A program made the position numbers and the translations under genes. From Balanoglossus misakiensis (Eukaryota; Animalia; Hemichordata), in contig CM082593.2 of NCBI GenBank assembly GCA_040954595.2, positions 124,001 to 188,000 on the forward strand: a DNA stretch of 64,000 nucleotides, in the 5' to 3' direction. Position 1 is the stretch's first letter, and each line of letters begins with the position of its first letter. Below, piece by piece: positions 38,801-50,606 of this stretch. The notes beneath the pieces are model-generated. The model was not told the DNA's origin. It saw only the letters and a list, made by a program, of their open reading frames with translations, and searched no databases.

Positions 38801-41800
38801 ACTCAACTCTGAGTCAATTGTTTGACTTTTCAATGCAAATCAATTTGTTACTGTCCCATCCTCTACTTGCTAATATTTTAATGATGGATCCATACATAGA
38901 CGGCAACTCTTGTGTTTGGCAATAAATATTTGATAGAACAGTGTTTGCAATTCTCAATTTTTACTCACAGAAATGTCAACTAAGGTTCCTGGCATAGAGT
39001 GTTCTTCTATTTGGGCAAAATAAGACTCCTTTGAAAACTTGGGTTTGTTATCATTAAGGTCTTCAACTGAAATGACAACTTCAGTAACAGACTAATAAAG
39101 ACAAAATATAAAAGTATGTTCAGTAAAATAATACGTTAACATTATAGGAAAGATTTCATTTCAGTAACTTTTACTTTATAAGATATGCATATGACAAATA
39201 GACTCAGCATTTAATTCCTGTATTACAGCATAATGATTCACAGCTGTAGTGTTTTGTTTTTGTCAACACTTACAAATTTAAGAGCAACGTTTTAAGACTT
39301 AACTTAAGTCTGAACTGCAATTCAATTGTCAATATTTCCACTGATGATGTTTGGTGATTTATACTTTTCAGTTTTGTTGAAAATACAATTTTAAGGAGAA
39401 GACATTTCCATGCTCTGACCTGTCTTATTTCTGGGAGACCATTATCAATTGCCTTTATTATCAAAGTATATGAGTCATTGTGTTCCCTGTTTATAGCTCC
39501 AATTATGTGGATTTCACCATCCTGAAATTAAAAAAATACAAAATGTATAAATACTGGTGATTTTTAACAACTAATGTAACAATGATTGTTACATTAGTTG
39601 TTAAAAATCTCACACTCGACTATAAAGTCACATGCAAATGCTGTAATATTTATGATTAACACTTTCAATTACAGCAAAACACTTACCTCAGTTATATTAA
39701 ATTTCTCATCAGCACCATACATGATTTCGTACTTTTCAATCGGGAAATTGGTATCTGGGTCAGTTGCATAGACATGTCCAACTGATTTTCCAAGGTCATC
39801 GTTTTCGTAAACCTTAAAAGTGTACCTTGTATCATTGAACTGTGGGTCAAACTTGTTGCAGGCTCCCTGTTCATAAAATAAAGGTGCACATCCAACTGAG
39901 TTGCTCAAAATGAAAAAGAAATTCCAAAGTATTTTTATATGGCTGAAAGATACACAATGCTGCTTTTGTTCACCAAGAAATCGGAAAAATAACATATTTT
40001 TATTACCTCAACTACTACCAATACAGTAGCATTAGCTTTTGAGGAAGATGTGCCTATATATGGCTCAGTGTTGTTAGCCACCACTTCCAGAGAGATAAAA
40101 ACTCCCGTCTCATTGGCGTACAAAGGCTGAACAAGTGAAATCTCTCCTGTGTTTTCATTGATTGCAAACCTGTCAAATGGGATGCCCTCACCAGTAAGAT
40201 AATATCTGATTTCTGCGTTTCTTTCAACATCATCATCATGTGCCTGGTAGATGGTAAACACAAAATGTAAATGAAATATCTTGTAATTTGCTGACCTTAT
40301 TTTGTTCAACGACTATCATTTTCATTGTAACACAGAAACATATTACAACCAATATCAATATTTGGACAATACTGTTGCATACAATGTATTTAGAGTTTAA
40401 CTATACAGTTTTGAAACATTAAGCATAAGTGGATAAGAATGCCATGAATGTGGCAGATCTTGATTCCTAGTCACTATAACAATTGTAAACTGTGCACTTG
40501 AAGTAATGTCAATCTTAATTGATATCATCGGTACAATTTCCCAATGGTTGGTTGTCATTTCACTGTTTTGTCAAATGTTTGTAACAGCATTCCACACAAT
40601 TCTTCTTTTTTTTTTTTGTCTTGTTCTTTTTTTTATTGTTTTTTTTTTGTAAGTTTATTTTTATGACCCAGGAAGTGTGCAGATGTGCTGCAGTCATTCC
40701 ATCTGTTGCACTTCATAAATACAGCAAGTTATTTTTTGCATCTCAATCAATCAGAGTCATGTGTAATCCATGTACAGTCTCATAACATAAAAATAGGTGT
40801 AGTTTTTTGTCAGTCTTACCGTCACTTTCAACACCACATTACCACTTGTACCTTCTGCTACAGTCACATTGTAGTGTGACTTCTCAAAGGCAGGAAGATT
40901 GTCATTTTCATCTTCAACTTCAATCTCCACAATGGTGTAACCCTGAGTTTACAATATTAATGTAGTTAGAACTTATGAAAGCTAATTAGCTGTAACTTTT
41001 TGGCTATTTGTGTCAGTATTTAAGTTCTATGTATCAGCAGCAATTTCTTGTTAACTCTCTCCAACACAATGAAATCAGCACATGAACACACCAAATATGA
41101 ATCACATCTGGACTTGATTTTATAGTAATTTGTCTATAATAACGGTGTTTTTGTTTCACAGATGCAGGCCATGTTGACAAGCAGAATATCTAAAGACAAA
41201 TGTAATTGTGATAAACAGAACAAAATACTAAAAATACAGTCAGATGTTACTTAAACACCACTACATAAACACAGTATAGTTCTATGAATGTTACAAACAG
41301 GGTTAAGCTGTGAAATTTACAGTATCTATGTAATGTGCATTTATATGTACATGATCCTCTGTGTATTTCAGCATTATCCACATTTGGGTCACACATAACA
41401 TCTGTTTATAGGTCATCTTTTTAAAAAAATGACTTTGACTCATCTATGATTTAGCTGAAGAAATAAGTCTAATACAAGGTTACAATTTTCTGTACATGAA
41501 AGATTTAGAATTAAAAGTAAAAAAACTCACCATTCTTGGTGGCAGACCATTGTCTTCAGTATAAATGACTATAGTGTAGCTTCCCCTTTCTTCTCTGTCA
41601 AGTATATCCGTGATAAAAATACTTCCATCCTATGAGATACATACCGACATATTTTGGCTAAACTGCTTTAAAGTGTCATATATGTCACAACTGACACGAA
41701 ATACCTGACAATTAACTAGTAGATTATATTCAGTTGAACTGAAAATGACATTTTCGCACCCCCTGCAGCATAGGACATTGAACATTATGTTATACAAGGA

Positions 41801-44800
41801 CCTCAAACCTACTTGCGAGATATTAAACCGATTCTCTTCATTGCCATAGTAGAATCCATAAGATACAATGTCGCCATCAATATCGCCATCAGTGGCAAAT
41901 ACTTGGCCAATTTTACCCACAACTCCATTCTCCTTCACTCGCAGTTGGTATGTAGTAGTGTTGAATGAGGGATCATCTATGTTGACTTCCTAATACCAAA
42001 AAAATATACACAAATAAACAATTCCACCATTAATACCACAGATGTATATGCCACTAAAATTTACATGTATGTTAAACATTTTGCTTTCTGCAAGTTGACA
42101 ATCCTGAATGCATCTAATCAATGATTAAAGTCACACTTACAAAAGGAATATAATCATAATTACTACATTTCAGCAATAAATAAATAAAAAGAGTTATGTT
42201 TCTGGTCTGATTAAATGCAGATAGGATATACCGGTACATGTACCAGGTAGATACTGCTGGTTCACATAGTAAATTACTGTTCAAAGCTTTACTGCAATTC
42301 CTTGTAACATAAAGAATAACAGCCAAGCCATTCTATCGGGTCTGTCCTTACCATTACAGACACCTTCACTATGGCAGTGTTGACATCACTCAGTGGGCCT
42401 TCAAAGGGAACGATGTTACTGGCGACGACTATCAATTCAAAGGTTGCTTCATTTCTGTTGATGTACAGCGGTTCTATAAGATTTATAATACCAGTGGTGT
42501 TCTCAATACTGAAATGATCGTAGACACCTCCAGTGTCATTGAATGTGTAAGAAATGACTGCATTGCTACCAATGTCCTTGTCGGTTGCCTAGAGAATTAG
42601 ACAAAGAGATTTAAAATAATTTCAGATGGTTCGGACCAAATTCATTGGGATTTTTGCATGGGCCCATGCGTTTCTCATGTGTCCTAGCTATACTCCCTCC
42701 CCTTCAAAGTTGGACAGTGATATTGATGGAATTATCAAAAATATACTTAGAAAGGTGCCATATGGACAACTTATAGGTGAACAAGCCCTGACAGTAACTC
42801 ACAAGCCATACTGTTTGGACTAAGTTGACAAGTGATCAATACTGATAACATAACTGCTATAATTTTCATATGGGTGTAACATGTACAGTGAGCAAGTATT
42901 GAAAGGAACTCATCATTGGTAAGATAAATGACAAATTTGCACATTGTTTGGTGAATGTTAAGGAAAGTTTCATGGTGGCCATATTCAGGAAAGGGAAATA
43001 CCTGTATTACTGTTTTTGTGATACAACAGAACGCATTATAATTAGTTATAAACTGACATTAAGTATCCTGCTTATCTTACCATAACTTTGGTTACGACCT
43101 CAGTACTTGTGCCTTCCAACACAGTAGTCTGGTAAACACCGCTTTGAAAAACTGGCAAGTGATCATTAACATCTTTGACCTCAATCTTCACAGCACAATA
43201 TCCCTGTATTGAAGAGGTCATTGACAGATATAATGTTTTTGAAGACAGTGGATCTTTTGATATGATTAAATTTGATCTGATCTAATTTTGTTTTTTATTT
43301 GAAGGGATTGCAAGGCCAGCTCCAAGCTGCTGTCTTAATTTGTTGTATTCTATTATATGGACAAAATATGTGGAAAAGCCTAAACATAAAAGGATACAAC
43401 TTCTTCCACATATGTATGCAGCAAACACAATGGTTTCCTTGTTTAGTAATACATTAAGGATTCATAACAGTAGCTATTGCACATGCCTGTGTTAGATTGG
43501 TATAGAGTTATATCTTACCGTTCTTGGTGGCAGACCATTGTCCTCTGCATAGACAAGCAAGATGTGGATGGATTCGGTTTCCCGGTCAAGTGGACCATTG
43601 ATAGCTAAAATACCCTCCTTTAATTGTTTAAAAAACAGCATATAATGTTCACATGTGCATTATTTGGTTTATGAACAATTCACCATCTCTGCTTATAGGC
43701 ACAACACATGACTATAATATGTGTCAATACGAATGATATATTGAATATTACTCTGCAGTAACAGAATTAGGTGTTTTATAATAAACCTCATGCTAACAGT
43801 TGGGAAAATCTTGCAATTTTCTCTTTAGGTAATTGGCAGACGACATCTTCAGCGGTGGCCATTGTGTCAGACGATGCGACGCTGATTGATGTGACCCAAA
43901 GTCTATGAACTCACATTGGTCACGTGACCGGTTTATATTTTTTCTGCTATTTCCCTCGGGATTCATAGTCGATTCTATTTTCCAATCACGTGACGGATTC
44001 TGGCAAATCACGATACAGTATTATAATTACTGATACAAAACAGTCTTTAAAATAGTAAAATGAAAATATTAACTACATACTTGTGAAATGTTAAACTGCT
44101 GATCTTCATTTCCATACATGATGCCATAAGTAAGAATGTACCCATCACTATCTGGATCTGTTGCATTAAGTTGCCATATTATTCCACCGTCTTCATTCTC
44201 ATGGACAGATAGCTCGTAATTCATTGAGGTAAACATAGGGTCATATAGGTTGGTATCATTGGTTTCCTGAATGCATATGAAGTGACAGTTATTGTGCACA
44301 GGAAGCACATGCAGTTGGGTTCAATGTAAACAGGTTTCATGAATGGTTATAAAATGTCGCATTAATGGGTGCAGTACCAGAAACCAATTTAAAGTTTGGT
44401 GTTCACGTTTAATTTTACATGTACTTGTTTGTTGTTTTCTTAATTCAAGAACGTTTAATTGAATTTACCTACCTTGAGTGTGACTCTTAATTTGGTTGTA
44501 TGATTAGACATTGTGTGCTGGTGATATTCCACAATGTTATAAGCTTCTATTACAACAATTAGTGGTTCACCTCCATAGTCTTCTATCTTGACAGACTCAC
44601 TGATAGTTACTTTGCCTGTGATAGCATCGATGTCAAAGATGTCATGATCTGTATCATTTTGGGCAACGATGCCATATCTCACAATAGCATTATCGGCCTC
44701 ATCATCATCAGTTGCCTGTTGAAAACAATGGTAATTTTTATGAGAACAAGGGAAGACAACAATGATGATGATGGTGGTGCTGGTGCCGAAGTTGATGATG

Positions 44801-47800
44801 GTGGTGGTGGTTATACTTGTGTACAAGCACTATGCCAAATATAACATGCAGCAGCATTCAACCTCTCATGCATTAATTAGATTATCATTTTCTGAAACTT
44901 TGATATACCTTAATTGTCTTTATGTGTAATTTTTATCTACAATAAAACCAATGAACAAAAATCACCTTCACTGTTATCACGTGATAACCTATGACCTTTT
45001 CGGCTACGGTGACATTGTAAATGGACTGTTCGAATACAGGCTGATTATCATTGACATCTGTCAGCTCTACTGTTACCATAGTAATTCCAGTCCTTGGACT
45101 TCTACCTTGATCATTGGCTAACACATACACATTATATGTGGCTTGTTCTTCTCGGTCTAATGGTACTGCTGTGGTCACAACTCCACTGTCGCTGATGTTA
45201 AACAAACTACATCCAAACATATACAACAAAGACCACTGAAGTTAATCCAGATAAACAATTTCAGTTAAATACTGCTTTCATCAGATCTTGTGAGAAAATT
45301 ACAGTTTGAAAGGATTTTGAAATCTACATAATCATACCAAACATGAGATTTTTTTCCCAAAAAAGCAAAAGCTTGGCAATAGCGTTACAAGTTATATATA
45401 CTCACTCGACTTGAGCATCACTGAGTTTGTAAGTCACTTTTCCATTTAAACCATCATCAAAATCAATGGCCTACAAAGGGAAAACAGGAAAAATTGATTG
45501 GTTTGTTATAATCATTTCATGCTGTTGCATAATAAATACTGGTAGGTTCAAAATTTAAAAAAATATTAATTTTATAGTCAGTATCAAACACGGGAAAATT
45601 CAAAACATTCACAGATGGATGAATGAACAGATGCAGCAACATCATTATACTGTGGCAGACTAACTATACCGGTTCATGATTTTTTGATCTCATATCTCTC
45701 TATCATCTGGTTCAGTTTCTCACAGAGTCACCACAATATTTGAAAAGCAGAGTTAACTGCAATACATGTGTCTCGTTTCATCTCTTAATATAAATGAGCA
45801 TCATCGAGAACTTACATTGACCACTGTGATAAACTCTCCTGTCACCATCTCAGGGATCATCACTTTTGTGTCATTTGCAGTTATCAATGGGTCATTATCA
45901 TTTATATCAGTGACATCTAAAATGATGAAAGCATCCACAGGTGACTGTAAAATATGAAAAAAGCATTTCTTGTTACAGTCATATAAAACAAAGTCTGATG
46001 TGAAAATTGTTGATCAAATTAGTAGACTAAAGCAAAGCTGCATATTACAATGCCTTAAGAAGACTTTTTAATTTATCCTAATTACTAGCTAATGAACATG
46101 TGTGCATTACACTTTATAACAGAATACAGAGATGTGAAAATTCCCATACAGACTGTCGAGTAAACAGACTTAATCCATTGACGGAAATGTTATATTACAG
46201 ATATATACAAACAAGCATGCACACGCACACATATATGTACATACATGATACCCATCTGTCACTTGAATAGATAAATTGTATTTATCTGTCTTTTCTCGGT
46301 CCAAATATTGACTGACAAATATCTCACCACTGCAAAGGAAGAATATTAAATATAATCTGAGTTAGTTAACTGAAAGGCAGCATTGCAGACAGATACAAAT
46401 ATTTTCATGCCATTGTCCATAAAGTGTTTCCCAACATTATTGACAGGTACATTTGAATTTTGAAAATGAGAATGTAATTCCCTGGTAGCCTGGTCAGAAA
46501 GTCTTGTCCCACCCAGTGACCAGGTAAATGAGCAACAAATTACATGTATTTATCACTTTACAGTAATACATATTAATGTTAGTTAAGAGAGTAAAAGAGC
46601 TTACGTCATGTTGTCAATGGAAAACATGCTACTGCTAATAAGTGAATAAAAGAGCTCATCCCCATCTCCATCAATTGCCTGTAAAACCAAGAAAATGTAT
46701 TATACGAAGAGAATTTTCTGTTCACTCAGCATTCTAAGTCATCCATCCCTTTTGGATCACCCATAAATCAAAATGTAAAACATGAAAATAATACTTTGTT
46801 ACATTCAGTACACTCCCTTTAACATCACAGGATGGTTTTAATGTGTTCCCCTGATGTCGACTTTTAATCTGAGATGTCCATGATTGCGCGAGTACAGTTT
46901 AAAAAGTGTTCATATTATTGTAAACAATGATAAAACATACGGTACACTAACAATTATAAATTTGCAAATTGGAATGACAACAGGTCACCCTTGAGTTTTT
47001 CACTGAAGTGGTAAACTCTGTTTTAAGAATTAATAGCTGCCTCTACAAAGCAGAGTGAGAAAGTTGTTTTAAATGTTATACCAAATTTTGTGCATGTAAA
47101 ATTAAAGATATGTTTCTATTGTCAAAAAGTCTGCAAATATGCATGGCTGTCTAACAGGAGAATACAGATTAAAGACCTCTTGAGAGGATTTCGTGCAAAG
47201 TCTGAGCTTCTCTGTTGAGTATATACATGAAAACACATCTACCGTACATACCATGACTTTGATGACAGTTGCACCAAGAAGTGCGCCCTCACTGACTGTT
47301 GTGATATATGGCAATCCAATAAATACAGGGGTATCATCATTCACATTAAGTACTGTTATTTTAACTGTAGTCGAATTTGAGCTAAATGAAATGAGACAAA
47401 TAACAATGAAACAGCATGCACAAAATTGTTAGCCAAGACAGCAATTTTGAAATCATAAAAGTTTAAGACAAAATCATTCTTTTTCTAAATAAAAATAGGA
47501 ATAGTAAATGTAAAACATTGGTTTTAACAATATAAACAAACTAAGATATAGCAAGGTATTAACATAACAGTTCAAAACTAAAAATGATTTATACTCTCAG
47601 TTAAGTTACAGCTAGTGTTTAGAATTTTACAAATGAAAAAGTAAGTTTTACAAAAGTTTATCTTACTTTGGTATATCCCCGTTATCAGTTCCCAAGACTA
47701 TAACATTGTAGTTTTTTATTTTCTCTGCATCCAGACTTTCCAGATTGTCTGTTGCAAATAGTTCTCCACTTGTTTTGTTGATGGTGAATATATCGCCCCC

Positions 47801-50574
47801 GTTGTCCGTAACAGACATAATAATGTATGTGATGGCACCATTCTTGCCCATATCTACATCATATGCTGTGACCTACATTGTAAAAGAGATTGATGTGTAG
47901 CAAATGGTATCTACATTATTTAGACATTTGCGCCTAACCATAGCCTGGTAAAAGTTGCTTTCTTGGATTTCATTAACTCAATACATTTTAATCATGAGAA
48001 AAAAAACACACCAAATGTGGGGATTTCATTGAGCGATAAAGCAGGGACCATTCTCTGATGGTTATCAACTAGAATTTCATGTTTCAGTTAATCTAGCCCA
48101 TGTACATTGGTTCTGATTTGAATTAATTTGTCAACAATAAAGATTGTGATGGACACACATAAGCTTTATATCATGACAAAAGGACTAGTGGGCATGTAAC
48201 ATGTTTAGCATAACAAAGCACAAGGAGAATAAACGTTGTTGCAAAATATTACTTACTGTTGTCAAGTATGTTTCTTGAGTGATGTTTTCATGTACTTCAG
48301 CATAATATGAACCATGTTCAAATTGTGGAGAATTGTCATTTATGTCAATCACAGTCACGGAAACCTTGGATTTACTGCTTTGATATCTTTCTCTTGTTAA
48401 TGTCTCAACTGCATATACCTGTCACATCAATTTCACAGGACATACCTGTTAAAAAACTGCTTTTTATGTTACAAAATAATCGATGGGTATAAAATTGACA
48501 AAAACACAATTCACTCAAGAAGTCATGCAAAGAAATAATTCTGTATAAACAATTAAAGGATATGATGATTAGACATTCAAGCCACGTCAACACAACACAG
48601 CATACAGCTACAGCATACAGCTAATTAATTGTAGCAACTGCACGCTATTAACTAAACTGTAGCAAATAATATCTTATCAGAGCTTGCAATCACTGGCAAA
48701 TACATCTGAGGGCCACAAAAACATTATACAAGGGTCCTAATTGTAGTTGACCAGATTTACTATCACTTACAGGAAATACTAAGTGACAGAGGAAATGTTT
48801 GGACTTGTTTGGACTTTCTAAGTTTCATTCCTTTTACAAAATCTACTCACCGTGAAATTAATGGAAACCGTAGATTCAGCATCGATCATCGTTGAATCAT
48901 TCACACGAATATAACTAATTGACGTACTCGGAGACACTGATATTGGTATATCTACGGCAAACATATTGTAATCAGACTCAACAACGAATTTGATTACGGC
49001 ATTCGATCCCTGATTAGAATCAAACAAGAGTGAAATTAATTATCTGTACATGAATTTATATATTTTGTACTGATGGCTAATTTTTTAAGGTAAAAAACAA
49101 TGTACGCCTCGGTCATTTCCCCCAGTACGAATTTGCCATTTTGATGTACAAAGTCCCCCTTCATTTCTTTAACAGAACAATGTCCAGGTATAAAAATCAA
49201 ACCTCATCTAAATCTGTTGCCATGACTCCACAAATAATCGTTCCCACTGCAGAATGTTCTTGAACTTCACCAGAATATTCAGGAGCACTCATATTGGGGG
49301 TATTGTCATTGACGTCAAGTAGAGTTACTACTAAGGATGCATATGCATCTCGATAACTGTAGAATGGATAGCCACGGCTGTTGTTCTGTGCTGCCTGTAA
49401 AAAAAACCAATGTGCAATAAATTATATGCCAATATATAATGAATCATTTGAGGAAATACTGTAAGCCATTCCATCAGACAGTGGTTGGGACTATAGTTGT
49501 TTAACGTGATCAAAAAAAGAAAGGTTTAGAAGTGTTGGTTCTCAGTACCAACATTTGATCAAATAGATAAGTTTGATAAACACAGCACAAAATCGATGCC
49601 AAGTTTGTGAAAATACAATTTAAACTTCAGACTTACTCTGAGACCAACAGTGATCTTCCCATCAGGAAATGCTTCTCTGTTCAGTTTTTGTCTCACTGTA
49701 ATTTCTCCTGTATCACTTTGTATTGAAAAGTATTCATTGACAAAGATAGAGTCATTCAATCTTTCTGGATCTGTAAGATATTATCAGATGAGATAATGAT
49801 TTCACAATTACTAACAGTTTTACAAATGTACGTCAGATGGCCTCACAATGAAAAAAATATGAATGATAAATGTTAATAGTAATGTCATAGTAAATTTGTG
49901 TAGTAATACACTATTTTTTATGCAGACCATTAAGGCACATTAGTGTGACTTGGCCAATTTGTCCAAGAAAGAGGGTACAGGTCCATGCATGGACAAAAAT
50001 ATACAAGAAAGTGTTAATACAATAATGTGTGTGTTATATAAATAATTACCTGCAAAACTGTAATAAACAATGTCGTTGATCTTGATGTCCTGGTCATAGG
50101 CATTAATCGCCACATCCACTGATGTTTCATTTTCCCACATCTCAGCAACATACACTGCTGAATCAAAGATTGGACTGAGGTCATCTGCATCTAACACTTT
50201 TATGGTAAGAAATGTAGTGTTTGAGCGCGTATCTTTCTCAGCTGGGATACCCTAAAATTGAAAAAAAATGACTGTATCAGTGTCCAAGAAGAATTAATTT
50301 ATGAGATTCCTTATGCCACTGTCATTGTGTCTCACATGAGCAGACATCTGTCGTACATGTATGTAGACAGTGTACATGTATGTATGTATGTATGTATGTA
50401 TGTATGTATGTATGTATGTATGTATGTATGTATGTATGTATGTATGTATGTATGTATGTATGTATGTATGTATGTATGTATGTATGTATGTATGTACGTA
50501 CGTACGTACGTACGTACGTACGTACGTACGTATGTATGTATGTATGTATGTATGTATGTATGTATGTATGTATG

Positions 50575-50606
<32 letters not shown>

